The notes under the pieces are model-generated. The model was not told the origin of the DNA. It searched no databases and saw only the letters and a list, made by a program, of their open reading frames with translations. Positions 42,911 through 52,625 of a DNA stretch of 64,000 nucleotides are shown piece after piece; the first letter of the stretch is position 1; each line of letters opens with the position of its first letter. The DNA is taken from contig JACNKA010000116.1 of the NCBI GenBank assembly GCA_014382285.1, positions 1,395-65,394 of the forward strand. The letters are read 5' to 3'. This DNA is from Nitrospinota bacterium (GTDB lineage: Bacteria; Nitrospinota; Nitrospinia; Nitrospinales; VA-1). Made by a program: the position numbers and the translations under genes.

Positions 42911-43927
42911 GTGAAAAAGAAAAAACACTTAATCATTCCAGTTTTTGTCTCTCACGAGGGTTGTCCTTACAGATGCTCATTTTGTAATCAGTCAAAAATA
43001 ACGGGCGCAGAAAAAAAGACGGACAGGAAGATGTTAAAGGAAATCCTGCGCACTCATTTAGAAGACTTGGACCCGCACTGCCTTCCAGATAGAAGAGAAT
43101 TAGCTTTTTTTGGCGGGAGCTTTACCGGCATTCCCCTGGAGCGTCAGGAGTATTTGTTGTCGGCAGTTCAGCCATGGATATTGTCGGGAGAGGTTCAATC
43201 AATCAGGGTTTCTACGCACGCCTTGTTCATTGATGACTCCAGGCTCTCAAGGCTTAAAAGCAACCATGTTGAAACGGTGGAACTGGGAATCCAATCTACC
43301 GATGAAAAAGTATTAAAGTTGGCGGGGCGTGAATGTCCGTTCAAGGTGATTCAGTTTGCTGTGAACAGAATTCACGCAATGGGGTTTCGTTTGGGTTTGC
43401 AGCTGATGCCCGGTCTCCCCGGCGACGATGAACAGAAGTTTCAAAAGTCAGTGGAGGATGTCATCAACCTCGGGCCGGATTTTGTCAGGATTTATCCCAC
43501 TTTGGTTATTAAAAATACCGGTTTATTCGATATGTACCAGCAGGGAATTTATACTCCCTGGAGCCTGGAAAGAATGATTGAAGCGGTCAAAGAAGCCGTT
43601 GTTAAATTTGAAAAGTCCGGTATCAAGGTTATAAGAGTTGGTTTGCATCCCGACCCGTCTTTAATGGAGAATTATGTTGCTGGGCCTTTTCACCCTTCAT
43701 TCCGCTATCTGGTTGATAGTCGTATTGCTCGAGAAAGAATGATAAAGATGATCAAGGCATTGAAACAGGTTCCTTTATCGGTTACTTTCAGAGTGCCAGC
43801 CAGAAGGGTGTCTCTGTATCTGGGACATAAGAAGGAGAATCTTTCCATCATTAAAAATATTTTCGGATTGGACTCCATTAGCTTGCAACAAGATGCTACA
43901 GGAGAGCATCTGGAACTTGTTGCCTGA
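42911..43927 (+). CDS. Radical SAM protein, ELP3-like core without acetyltransferase domain
   Basis: The GTG at 42911 gives VKKKKHLIIPVFVSHEGCPYRCSFCNQ (a CxxxCxxC cluster). 'ELAFFGGSFTG' and 'VELGIQSTDEKVL' are present. The track start at 42827 overlaps the preceding small ORF. Confidence 0.75.
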   Translation: MKKKKHLIIPVFVSHEGCPYRCSFCNQSKITGAEKKTDRKMLKEILRTHLEDLDPHCLPDRRELAFFGGSFTGIPLERQEYLLSAVQPWILSGEVQSIRVSTHALFIDDSRLSRLKSNHVETVELGIQSTDEKVLKLAGRECPFKVIQFAVNRIHAMGFRLGLQLMPGLPGDDEQKFQKSVEDVINLGPDFVRIYPTLVIKNTGLFDMYQQGIYTPWSLERMIEAVKEAVVKFEKSGIKVIRVGLHPDPSLMENYVAGPFHPSFRYLVDSRIARERMIKMIKALKQVPLSVTFRVPARRVSLYLGHKKENLSIIKNIFGLDSISLQQDATGEHLELVA

Positions 43928-43964
43928 TAAATTTGATTATTAGTTTTTCACAAAGGAGATAAAT

Positions 43965-44249
43965 GTGGTCACGATAGGAATGAATTATAAAATGATTCCC
44001 GGAAAAGAAAAGGTTTTCGAAGACGCTTTTGATGCTGTTATAAAAGTGATGAATGAGATGGAGGGGCATTCGAAATCGTTTTTATACAAGGATGTGAACG
44101 ATGCCCAGTCATACCTGATTGTGTCAGAATGGAATGCTGAGGAAGCGTTTAATGAGTTCATGCAATCGGATAAATTCAAAAATGTGGTGAACTGGGGTAA
44201 GGAGAATATTCTTGCGGGTCGTCCTTCTCACACTGTTTACAAACATTAA
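43965..44249 (+). CDS. Antibiotic-biosynthesis-monooxygenase (ABM) domain protein
   Basis: 94 aa. 'GHSKSFLYKDVNDAQSYLIVSEWNAEEAFNEFMQSDKF' matches the ABM ferredoxin-like pattern. The start is GTG at 43965 or ATG at 43980. Confidence 0.7.
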   Translation: MVTIGMNYKMIPGKEKVFEDAFDAVIKVMNEMEGHSKSFLYKDVNDAQSYLIVSEWNAEEAFNEFMQSDKFKNVVNWGKENILAGRPSHTVYKH

Positions 44250-44255
44250 GATTCG

Positions 44256-44471
44256 TTATGCAGGGTCCTGTTTGGGGGTGTGTTCATAGTAACCGTCCCG
44301 AACGGCCCTTTGAACTTTTTTGTAGAATAATTCGGTGTCATGAGGCAATTCTCCTGGTATGCGCCATCGGACCTTGACGATCTTTCCCGCTGGATGCTCT
44401 ATGATTGAAGTTATCTCTCCGGTATTTCTGGAAAGCGGCTCATAAAGATTATCGCCTGTTCTAAGTTTCAT
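44256..44471 (-). CDS. Hypothetical small protein
   Basis: A 71-aa ORF in an otherwise empty gap. I recognise no motif. Confidence 0.35.
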   Translation of the reverse strand: MKLRTGDNLYEPLSRNTGEITSIIEHPAGKIVKVRWRIPGELPHDTELFYKKVQRAVRDGYYEHTPKQDPA

Positions 44472-44578
44472 AATTAGAGGTGAGTTTAGGGTTTCTTCAT
44501 TATACTGTTTAATGACCTGGTAATAAATTATTATGTAGGTACGGCCTAAACAAAAATCTCTGAGTTGGAGAAAGCACT

Positions 44579-44824
44579 ATGGAAGATTATATTGTCATGG
44601 CCGCCATGTATCCCACCATGACTTCGGGTAAGGTGGATAAATACCTGGTCCGAAAGGGAGATAAAGTTGCTCCTGGCACCGCTGTGGCTGAAATTATTTC
44701 TGAGGGTTATTTCACTTTATTGTCGGAAGTGGCAGGAAGGGTGAAAGAATTTTATGTGATGGAAGGAGATTATGTTGAAGTGGATACCGCTTTAATAGAA
44801 GTGGAGTTGGCTGAGGAGGATTAA
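44579..44824 (+). CDS. Stand-alone biotinyl/lipoyl-like barrel domain lacking the modifiable lysine
   Basis: 81 aa. 'VRKGDKVAPGTAVAEIISEGYFTLLSEVAGRVKEFYVMEGDYVEVDTALIEVEL' follows the lipoyl/biotinyl hairpin pattern. It has 'EIISEG' where E(A/T)MK is expected. Confidence 0.55.
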   Translation: MEDYIVMAAMYPTMTSGKVDKYLVRKGDKVAPGTAVAEIISEGYFTLLSEVAGRVKEFYVMEGDYVEVDTALIEVELAEED

Positions 44825-44830
44825 CCTGTT

Positions 44831-46183
44831 TTACAGGGTTGAAAAAAAATAAGCTGCGGTCGTAAGATAAATAGCCAGCCCCAGAATATCGTTAATGACG
44901 GTGATTATTGGGCCGGTGCTGATAGCAGGGTCAATTTTTAGATTTATAAAAAGAATCGGGGCTAATGAGCCCAACAGCGATGAGACGGAAACAGCGAGAA
45001 TAATTCCTGTGCCAACCACCAACCCGAGCACAGGATTGGTGTGCAAAATGGACTCAGAGGTCAGATAGACAAGCCCTCCGCATAGCAGTCCAAAAATTAC
45101 TCCGTTTAATATTCCAACAGACAGCTCACTTTTGACCACCGTAGCAAGATTATCCTTTTGAATATCTCCAGTTGCCATCCCCCTCACAATGACCGTAGCA
45201 CCCTGAATGCCAACATTGCCCGCCAAACCAATCACAAAAGGAATAAAGAATATAATTGCAGCAAATTCAGCAAGGGTTGTTTGATAAAAGCCTAGCATCC
45301 AGGCACTGACCAAGCCTCCAATAAAGGTTGTGAACAACCAGGGTGCCCGGGATATGATTTTGTTGCTAATTTTTTTTGCGAAGGGATCCACCTTTGCGGT
45401 TCCAACCATGGTGTATATATCTTCACTGGCACTGTCTTGCATGGCTCGAATGACATCGTCAAAAGTGATGATTCCCTGAATCACATTGTCGCTGTTTACA
45501 ACGGGCAGGCTACTAAGATGTTCTTGTCCCATAACTTGTGCCACCTTTTCACAAGGATCATCCAGATAGACTTTGGGAGTTTCAGGTCGGATAAACTCTT
45601 TTGCCATGGCAGATGTTTGAATATTTAACAAATCTCTCAATTTGAAAAATCCGAGTAGCTGGTCTTTTTCATCCACAACATAGAAATAGGGAAGAGTTTC
45701 CTTAATTGACTCTCGCCTGATTTTGGTAAAGATATCTCCGGCTCTGCTGTTGAAAAAGATTTTATTGAACTCTGGAGTCATCAAACCCCCAGCAGTTTCT
45801 TCTTCATAGCGGATCAGATCTTTTATGATTTTCGCGTCCCGAACCTCCATTTTACCCAGGAGTTCTTCCTGAGTCTCATCAGGAAGCTCTTGAATAATAT
45901 CTGTAGCTTCATCTTCTGGCATAGCATCCAGAAGAGTGGCTAAATAGTTCAGGTCCAGAGATTTCTGAATTTCAAGACGGCTGTCAATGTCTGTTTCATA
46001 AAGGAGTTCCTGCCTTTTCTCATCATCTGCCAGAAGGTTGAAAACTTGTATTTTCTGCTCCAGATTCAATTCGTGAAGGCGTCGGGCAACTTCAAAGTGA
46101 TCCATGTTGATAATGACAGCACGTAATGATGATTCCTCAAAATCTGGATCTTTGAGGGCTTCCTTTAATTTATCGATAGACAT
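44831..46183 (-). CDS. mgtE: Magnesium transporter MgtE
   Basis: 450 aa. It has the MgtE N-domain ('LLDAMPEDEATDIIQELPDE'), tandem CBS domains and a 5-TM C-terminal domain ('GNVGIQGATVIVRG', 'DPAISTGPIITVINDILG'). Confidence 0.9.
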   Translation of the reverse strand: MSIDKLKEALKDPDFEESSLRAVIINMDHFEVARRLHELNLEQKIQVFNLLADDEKRQELLYETDIDSRLEIQKSLDLNYLATLLDAMPEDEATDIIQELPDETQEELLGKMEVRDAKIIKDLIRYEEETAGGLMTPEFNKIFFNSRAGDIFTKIRRESIKETLPYFYVVDEKDQLLGFFKLRDLLNIQTSAMAKEFIRPETPKVYLDDPCEKVAQVMGQEHLSSLPVVNSDNVIQGIITFDDVIRAMQDSASEDIYTMVGTAKVDPFAKKISNKIISRAPWLFTTFIGGLVSAWMLGFYQTTLAEFAAIIFFIPFVIGLAGNVGIQGATVIVRGMATGDIQKDNLATVVKSELSVGILNGVIFGLLCGGLVYLTSESILHTNPVLGLVVGTGIILAVSVSSLLGSLAPILFINLKIDPAISTGPIITVINDILGLAIYLTTAAYFFSTL

Positions 46184-46276
46184 AGAAATAATTATAAAAT
46201 TGGTTGAAATTGTCGTACTCTAATTGTCACAGGATTGATTCTATAATCCTGGAACGATTCTTTTGAGCGAGGCAAT

Positions 46277-46519
46277 ATGATCCTGAATATGTCCCATGAG
46301 GATAAAAAAAGATACCAAAAAACGTTTGGTAAAAAGAAAACCCAAGCCAGAAAACATAGATCTTCAATCCTATCAGATAAGACTAAAGATCTTCTATCAA
46401 AAAAATTTGATGCGGGTCATCCCGATGGTAAAGAACAGGACGCCCCCCAAATTGATGCTCATGTGAAAATGAACGACAACTATCTTCGTACCGGCCCCTA
46501 TAAGCCTAAAAGTAAATGA
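46277..46519 (+). CDS. Hypothetical basic protein
   Basis: An 80-aa K/R-rich ORF with no recognised motif. Confidence 0.35.
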   Translation: MILNMSHEDKKRYQKTFGKKKTQARKHRSSILSDKTKDLLSKKFDAGHPDGKEQDAPQIDAHVKMNDNYLRTGPYKPKSK

Positions 46520-46595
46520 TGTGTTCTTCGAAAATTAATAAAGGAAATACTTGGGGATAGGGCAGGGGGCCTGATGACCATGAGTGAAGATGAAC

Positions 46596-48272
46596 TTATG
46601 ACTTATCTGTATTGGCGTTTTCGCATGTTTCCTGATAACGCTTGTAAACGTTCTTTTCTATGAATAATTCAACGAGACCATTGTCCAGCTCTTCTTTTTC
46701 GGCCATGGATCTGAGAATTCGATAGACCGTTTCCAAGGGCATTGCTTTTTTATAAGGTCTGTCTGATGCGGTTAATGCCTCCGCAATATCGGTGACGGCC
46801 ATCAGTTTCCCCTCAAAAGGTATCTCGTCCCCTTTCAGGCCCAGAGGATAACCTTTCCCATTGATGAACTCATGGTGAGCTCCGGCAAAATCGGGGATGT
46901 TCTTTAGTTTTTTGGTAAAGGGGATTTGTTTCAACATTCTTAATGTGACAGCGGCATGGTCCTGCATTTTTTTTCTTTCGGCCTCTGTTATGCTTCCTCG
47001 TCGAATTGACAGATTGACCAATTCATCTTCCGTCAGGAAGGGTTGTTCCTCCTCGGCATCATCAATGTAAGTCTTTTGAGCTATACCCCTTAACCTCTCT
47101 AATATTTCATCGTCAAGAAATTCTCCAGGTTCATTACATTTGTTAATGAATTCCCGTATTTCTTTTATCTCTTCAAGCTTGTCTGTGGTTTCTTTTTCAA
47201 GGGCCTTTAATTTTTCAGGTTCAGCACCATTCTGTAGTATTTTTATCTGGGTATTCTGACCTTCCAGTATGATTTTCTGACTGATGTAAGCCATTCTCAA
47301 ACGAATATATTGAATACGGTCAAAAATGGTTTGGAGTTTTTTCGCCTTTTCAACGATTTCAACCGGAGACGTGACTTTTCCTATATCGTGCATATAGGCG
47401 GCAATTCTTAATTCGTAAATCTGATCTGGTGAGAAGGTTATGTCCTTATACGGGCCGTCCTCCATCTCATGAATGACATCCGCCATCGTCAGAGTAAGGT
47501 CGGCCACCCTGCGAATATGGCCACCTGTGACAGGAGACTTTTCATCGATGGCAGTAGCCATGACTTTAACAAATGCCTCAAACAGTTCAGTCATGTTGGA
47601 AATCAGTTTTGCGTTAGTGATTGAGACCGCTGCTTGTGAGGCCAATGATTCACAAAGATTTTCGTAATCCTGTGAAAATGCAATTACCTGATTACTGGTA
47701 GGGTTGGTGGCATTCAAAAGTTGCAAAACGCCGATCACATCGTTGTCGTGGTTGCGCATTGGAACTACCAGCATGGATTGAGACCGATACCCAGTGGAAC
47801 TGTCAAATTTCTTTGGGCCGGTGAAATCAAAAAGATCGGTATCGTAAACATCGGGGATATTTACGGACACTCCCTTTAAGGCAACAAAGGCGGAAACATT
47901 GGATTCCTTTAATTCAACCGGTGGAAAGGGAATCGTTTCTCCCGTTTTGCCACCCATCCGAATCTTCAAGCTATCGTTTTGGACTATTTGAAATCGAAGA
48001 GTATTGTCTTCAACAATATATAAGGTGCCGGCATCTGCGTTAGTGAAATTCCTGGCCTGATCGACGATCATTTCGAGAAGGGTGTTTAAATCGTAAACGC
48101 CTGAGAGAGCCCTGCCAATATCGGACAGTTTTTTAATCTGCCCACCAAGTCGCTCAGCGTAGGCACTCACTTCACTGACCACGCTATTCAGTAAGGTGTT
48201 TAAATTTTCATCATTTGAAAATTGACGAGGCCGGGGTGTTTCCATTTTTTTTGAAGTATCTTTAATATCCAT
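46596..48272 (-). CDS. GAF domain - HD-GYP c-di-GMP phosphodiesterase-type protein
   Basis: 558 aa. It has a GAF-like N-terminal half. The HD domain shows 'AAYMHDIGKV' and 'GAHHEFINGKGYPLGLKG' (HD...HHE...GYP). Confidence 0.85.
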   Translation of the reverse strand: MDIKDTSKKMETPRPRQFSNDENLNTLLNSVVSEVSAYAERLGGQIKKLSDIGRALSGVYDLNTLLEMIVDQARNFTNADAGTLYIVEDNTLRFQIVQNDSLKIRMGGKTGETIPFPPVELKESNVSAFVALKGVSVNIPDVYDTDLFDFTGPKKFDSSTGYRSQSMLVVPMRNHDNDVIGVLQLLNATNPTSNQVIAFSQDYENLCESLASQAAVSITNAKLISNMTELFEAFVKVMATAIDEKSPVTGGHIRRVADLTLTMADVIHEMEDGPYKDITFSPDQIYELRIAAYMHDIGKVTSPVEIVEKAKKLQTIFDRIQYIRLRMAYISQKIILEGQNTQIKILQNGAEPEKLKALEKETTDKLEEIKEIREFINKCNEPGEFLDDEILERLRGIAQKTYIDDAEEEQPFLTEDELVNLSIRRGSITEAERKKMQDHAAVTLRMLKQIPFTKKLKNIPDFAGAHHEFINGKGYPLGLKGDEIPFEGKLMAVTDIAEALTASDRPYKKAMPLETVYRILRSMAEKEELDNGLVELFIEKNVYKRYQETCENANTDKS

Positions 48273-48448
48273 GAGTCGTGAATGAGAAACGAGCGAGGTC
48301 AGTTTCGTGAATATTGATGATCTGTGCTTTTAATTATCAATTAAAAAAGCAGCAAAATCAATTTAAATGAAATATCCCAAGAAGGATACCAGTATCCGTC
48401 CGTATTTTCTATTGTTAAATCGCATTACTGTCTAACAGAAAATGCGGC

Positions 48449-49252
48449 TTAAAGGTAATCCTTGAGAAGGAGAGGAGAATCAGAGAGCCAAATTCGTTTA
48501 CCGCAAACATTAACAAAAACAGCTTCACTAGAATCGAACAGCGTCAAATGGGACTGATACAAATCATCGGCAGTGGTTCTGCAATCGCCATAAGCTTCTT
48601 TTTCTTCACTGAAAATACCTTCTTCAAACTTTTGTATGCCTTCTTTAGAACTTTTCCCTTCAAAGTATGAGCGGAGCAGGGGATCTCTCAAGTTTTCCGG
48701 GTTTTTTGCTGTTTTTCTTAAAAGCAATTTGATGCCGCGTGAGGATTTAGACTCAAATAGTCCGGCGCGAATACAAACATGCCGGGCCTTGCCCTTCTCA
48801 ACCGTCCATTTTTCAATTGCCTCTTTTGAGTGACCCATTGCTCCATAAGTGGAAAGCTGATGCCTGATGACATAAAAGGTGGAATAGGCAACGATGGCTT
48901 TTACGTTCAGCTGCGCTTCCAGTTTCAAGATAGGGTCAAATGAAAGCAGATTGGATTGCTTGATGGACTCGAGGGTAGCTTCTGCAATGGGCACTCCAAC
49001 TTCGCCGAGAGCGGTGGCATAGAATAAAATCTCGAATTGCCCATCATCGTAAGCTTTGATTTTATCCAGAACCTGTTGATCATTGATGTCGCCAAATAGA
49101 GTTTCATCAGCACCTTCAATGGTGAAACCGGGTTCTTCTTTACCATACCAGTTAGCCAGAATATTGGCGGTGCTCCCAAACTTTTCACGAATGGCTTTGA
49201 TCGCTGCAGTCCCCATCACACCTGTTCCGCCTATGACTAGAAAATTGCTCAT
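48449..49252 (-). CDS. NAD(P)-binding Rossmann-fold protein, function unknown
   Basis: 267 aa. The N-terminal 'FLVIGGTGVMGTAAI' is a GxxGxxG dinucleotide-binding motif. I do not recognise the rest. Confidence 0.55.
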   Translation of the reverse strand: MSNFLVIGGTGVMGTAAIKAIREKFGSTANILANWYGKEEPGFTIEGADETLFGDINDQQVLDKIKAYDDGQFEILFYATALGEVGVPIAEATLESIKQSNLLSFDPILKLEAQLNVKAIVAYSTFYVIRHQLSTYGAMGHSKEAIEKWTVEKGKARHVCIRAGLFESKSSRGIKLLLRKTAKNPENLRDPLLRSYFEGKSSKEGIQKFEEGIFSEEKEAYGDCRTTADDLYQSHLTLFDSSEAVFVNVCGKRIWLSDSPLLLKDYL

Positions 49253-49299
49253 TGTTTCCTCGTTAAATTAAGAAATAGAAATGGATGTCAGTTTAAATA

Positions 49300-49965
49300 T
49301 CAGGAGCCGCCGTAGTTTTCATCCCAATCGGCAAAAGGGATTTGGGAGTTTTCATAGATGGCTTGCGACATATATGGATCTGTCTCGAAAAAGTTCTGGA
49401 TTTGGTTTGTCTGAGTTTGTGCTTCATGAATCACGGAACTCAAGTTCTCTTTACGATCTATCCTTTTGGCAAGCTCCAAATATCTCTTGATAAAAGGTTG
49501 AGCCGACTGGCTGGTGAGAGTAACTTTTTTAGGCTGCAAAACTCGATACCGATTTGCGACAGCAAATTTGGCGAACTCAAACCACACTTCTATTTGCCCT
49601 TCATTTCTACCAAGAACGATGAGTTCTTCTCTAAATTTCTGCGCTCCTTTTTCTGCCAGGTTTGTTGAAACGTAGTCGGATAACTCATCAAAAGGAATTC
49701 CATCGATGGTGTCGCATAAATATTCTAAATGAAAAATCATTGAGTTGATCATTTTGTCCAAGTTAATGCCCAGGGCAGAAAAACCTTGTAGTTCTGCATT
49801 CTTTTGAAATAAGCCCCAAACCCCATCAAATTCTGCTGCCTGATCTCTTGGAACTTTCAGCAGCTCCACTTGTTTGAGGCAGGTAGATTTTTCTGCAGGG
49901 CTGGCCCATATGGGAGGAACCAGAATGCAAAAAATAAATACCATTAGAAGATAAGTTGGCTTCAT
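49300..49965 (-). CDS. Secreted hypothetical protein
   Basis: 221 aa with a signal peptide (MKPTYLLMVFIFCILVPPIWA). I recognise no domain. Confidence 0.5.
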   Translation of the reverse strand: MKPTYLLMVFIFCILVPPIWASPAEKSTCLKQVELLKVPRDQAAEFDGVWGLFQKNAELQGFSALGINLDKMINSMIFHLEYLCDTIDGIPFDELSDYVSTNLAEKGAQKFREELIVLGRNEGQIEVWFEFAKFAVANRYRVLQPKKVTLTSQSAQPFIKRYLELAKRIDRKENLSSVIHEAQTQTNQIQNFFETDPYMSQAIYENSQIPFADWDENYGGS

Positions 49966-49973
49966 AGCTGGGT

Positions 49974-50231
49974 TTACTGACCGCTTATGTGCTCGGATGT
50001 TGAAGTTATTCCTGAAATATGAGTGTTCTCGGTGCCACTGAGATGCAAATCCGGTTGTAAATCCTGAGCATTGGGCGAATTGATGGCAGGGATAGCAGGT
50101 TTCGCTTCAATATGTTCTGGTGCCGATTGTGAGGCTTGAGGTTTTGGGGCCTGTTTGTCGGTTTTGTCTCCAGAGCAATTTAATAAGCTCATTAAGGACA
50201 TAACAACGATAAGAGAGAGTACTGCTTTCAT
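49974..50231 (-). CDS. Small lipoprotein, low-complexity
   Basis: 85 aa with a lipobox 'SLLNCSG' and a P/A/Q-rich mature region. It sits directly upstream of 49300-49965. Confidence 0.5.
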   Translation of the reverse strand: MKAVLSLIVVMSLMSLLNCSGDKTDKQAPKPQASQSAPEHIEAKPAIPAINSPNAQDLQPDLHLSGTENTHISGITSTSEHISGQ

Positions 50232-50327
50232 GGTTTACACCCTAGATAAATTATCTTTGCCTGAATTTATACTTCAATATTTTTGAAGTCAATGGAATTT
50301 CTTTTAGTTGAACTCTGAAACGCACAT

Positions 50328-50753
50328 TCAAATTGAGGTTTTGCTCAGTTGTAAAATAATCCGGCTCTCCTTTTTTGTCACAGGCATGACAGATAGACGG
50401 GATTGGCGAACCAACGCTATTTCCTGAAGATCCTTATGAATTTTAACCTCTTCAAGAGTGACGGGGTGAGTGAGTGCTTTAAGAGGTTTTAAATCGACCA
50501 CGACCCATCGTGGGTCATCGCTGGTCGGGTCTGGATAAGCCTCACGGGTTACCTTAGCGATACCCTTAATGTCCTTACCCGTGACACTGTGATAAAAGAA
50601 AACAAGGTCGCCTTTTTTCATGGCTTGCAAATTGTTGCGGGCTTGGTAGTTTCGTACCCCATCCCAGTAAGTTTCCCCGTCCATCACAAAGTTATCCCAA
50701 CTGTATTGCGAGGGTTCCTGTTTGACAAGCCAGAAAGATGTTTTATTAGCCAT
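50328..50753 (-). CDS. EVE (PUA-like) domain protein
   Basis: 141 aa. 'FWLVKQEPSQYSWDNF...WDGVRNYQARNNLQAMKKGDLVFFYHS' is present. Confidence 0.85.
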   Translation of the reverse strand: MANKTSFWLVKQEPSQYSWDNFVMDGETYWDGVRNYQARNNLQAMKKGDLVFFYHSVTGKDIKGIAKVTREAYPDPTSDDPRWVVVDLKPLKALTHPVTLEEVKIHKDLQEIALVRQSRLSVMPVTKKESRIILQLSKTSI

Positions 50754-50771
50754 AGGTTGGATAGTTTTTAG

Positions 50772-51926
50772 ATGAGTTTGCTTGAGTCGATTATGAGACT
50801 TGGGTTCGATGTTGAAACTATTGTGTCAGGGGTCTTAAAAGAATCTATCGAGAATTATCTCATTGACCCCCACCAATTTAATAAATATAATGATCTTCTC
50901 CAATTTATTGAAAGTTTTACCCAAAACCACTTTTTCCCGGGGGATGTATTGATCCCCGTCAGGAGATTTAAGACAATGTACCGCAAAGAGATTAAAGTAT
51001 TAGATTGCACCATTCGTGATGGGGGATTGATGAACAATCACCTGTTCAGCGATGATCTGGTTCGCAGGGTTTTTCAAGCCGTGAATAATTCTGGAGTTGA
51101 TTATATAGAGCTTGGTTACAAGGCCGATGAAAATCAGTTTAAACGTGGTGAATATGGCCCTATGAAATTTTGTTCCGAACAAGATCTGGAAAACATTGTC
51201 GGGGATACGGAGAAAAATTGCAAGATTTCTGTGATGGCTGATATTGGACGTTTTGACCCTGACGTGCTGATCCCAAAATCAGAAAGCCTTGTGGATATGA
51301 TGCGGGTTGCTTCTTACACCAAGGATATTGACAAGGCTATTGATCTTGTCAATACGCTTCATGCTAAAGGCTATGAGACCACTATCAATATTATGGCCGT
51401 GTCCCACGCTAGAGAACGAGAGCTGGATGAAGCTCTGGAACAGGTCGAAAAAGAAAGTGCTGTTGATGTTGTTTACCTGGTCGATAGTTTTGGGGCTTTG
51501 TATTCTGAACAGATTGCTTATCTCGCCAAAAAATATAGGGCCGCGCTTCCAACCCGTGAACTTGGTATTCACGCACATAACAATCAGCAACTGGCCTTTG
51601 CCAATACTATTGAATCCATCATCCAAAACATTAACTATTTGGATGGAACTATTTGGGGCATAGGCAGAGCCGCAGGAAACTGCCCTCTGGAATTGTTGTT
51701 AGGTTTTTTGAAAAACCCCAAATTTAATATTCGACCTATTCTCGAAGTGTTGGAAAGTGATTTTGTGGAATTGCGTGAGAGTGTTGAGTGGGGCTACACC
51801 ATTCCTTATGTGATCACCGGTATTCTGGACTTGCATCCTCGTGCGGCTATGAAACTTAGAGATTCGGACCAGAAGGACAAATATCTGGATTTCTACAATA
51901 AACTCACCACAGAAGCCAACGTCTAA
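50772..51926 (+). CDS. HMGL-like/DmpG-like DRE-TIM aldolase family protein
   Basis: 384 aa. 'IKVLDCTIRDGG', 'VDYIELGY', 'VYLVDSFGAL' and 'LGIHAHNNQQLAFANT' are present. It has a ~60-aa N-terminal extension. No DmpF-like dehydrogenase is adjacent. Confidence 0.7.
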   Translation: MSLLESIMRLGFDVETIVSGVLKESIENYLIDPHQFNKYNDLLQFIESFTQNHFFPGDVLIPVRRFKTMYRKEIKVLDCTIRDGGLMNNHLFSDDLVRRVFQAVNNSGVDYIELGYKADENQFKRGEYGPMKFCSEQDLENIVGDTEKNCKISVMADIGRFDPDVLIPKSESLVDMMRVASYTKDIDKAIDLVNTLHAKGYETTINIMAVSHARERELDEALEQVEKESAVDVVYLVDSFGALYSEQIAYLAKKYRAALPTRELGIHAHNNQQLAFANTIESIIQNINYLDGTIWGIGRAAGNCPLELLLGFLKNPKFNIRPILEVLESDFVELRESVEWGYTIPYVITGILDLHPRAAMKLRDSDQKDKYLDFYNKLTTEANV

Positions 51927-51932
51927 GCCCCC

Positions 51933-52625
51933 ATGGCAGGATTTGACTTAACTCTCTTTGAGAAAGAACCCGTATTGGGAATTATACGCGGTGTTGACGA
52001 AGACTCCCTCCCGGGTGTGCTGCAAGCGGCATACTCGGGGGGGCTGCGTTATTTAGAAATCACCCTCAATACTCCTCATGCCCTTCTTCTTATTAAAAAG
52101 GCTATCGAACTGTTCCCCGATTTTTGCATAGGGGCTGGAACGGTTTTATCTGCCGAGTCTAGCCAGCAGGCCATTGATGTTGGGGCGCAATTTATTGTGG
52201 CTCCAAACCTGAATGAACAGGTGGCCCAATGTTGCATTAAAAACAATCGAGCTTATTTCCCGGGAGCTTTGACTCCTACAGAAATTGAAAAGGCATGGAG
52301 TTTCGGGGCGACAATGGTGAAAGTTTTTCCTGCCGCTCAGATGGGGCCGGGCTATATTAAGCTCTTAAAGGGACCCTTTGACAAGATTAAGCTGATGGCC
52401 GTGGGCGGGATCAGTCCTCAAAATATCCCTGATTATTTTTCTGCGGGGGCCTCTGCTGTGGCACTGGGGGGATCAATATTTTCCACAAAGCGTATGGCAG
52501 ACCGGGCATTTTCTGTAATACAGAAAGAAATCGAAGAATTTATGTTTGCAGTGAACAAAATTTATTCTAATATGGGTGTGACAGATATTGCGAACCACTC
52601 TAGTAAGGGGAGAAGAGAGGCATGA
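51933..52625 (+). CDS. eda: KDPG/KHG aldolase family (Eda-like)
   Basis: 230 aa. 'VLGIIRG', 'LRYLEITLNTP', 'IGAGTVL', 'FIVAPN', 'MVKVFPA' (Schiff-base Lys region) and 'MAVGGI' are present. Confidence 0.75.
   Translation: MAGFDLTLFEKEPVLGIIRGVDEDSLPGVLQAAYSGGLRYLEITLNTPHALLLIKKAIELFPDFCIGAGTVLSAESSQQAIDVGAQFIVAPNLNEQVAQCCIKNNRAYFPGALTPTEIEKAWSFGATMVKVFPAAQMGPGYIKLLKGPFDKIKLMAVGGISPQNIPDYFSAGASAVALGGSIFSTKRMADRAFSVIQKEIEEFMFAVNKIYSNMGVTDIANHSSKGRREA

Noticed and set aside
46184-46276. Possible Mg2+ (M-box) riboswitch upstream of mgtE
   Set aside because: The leader is only about 90 nt and shows none of the extended M-box helices. It is too short for that element.
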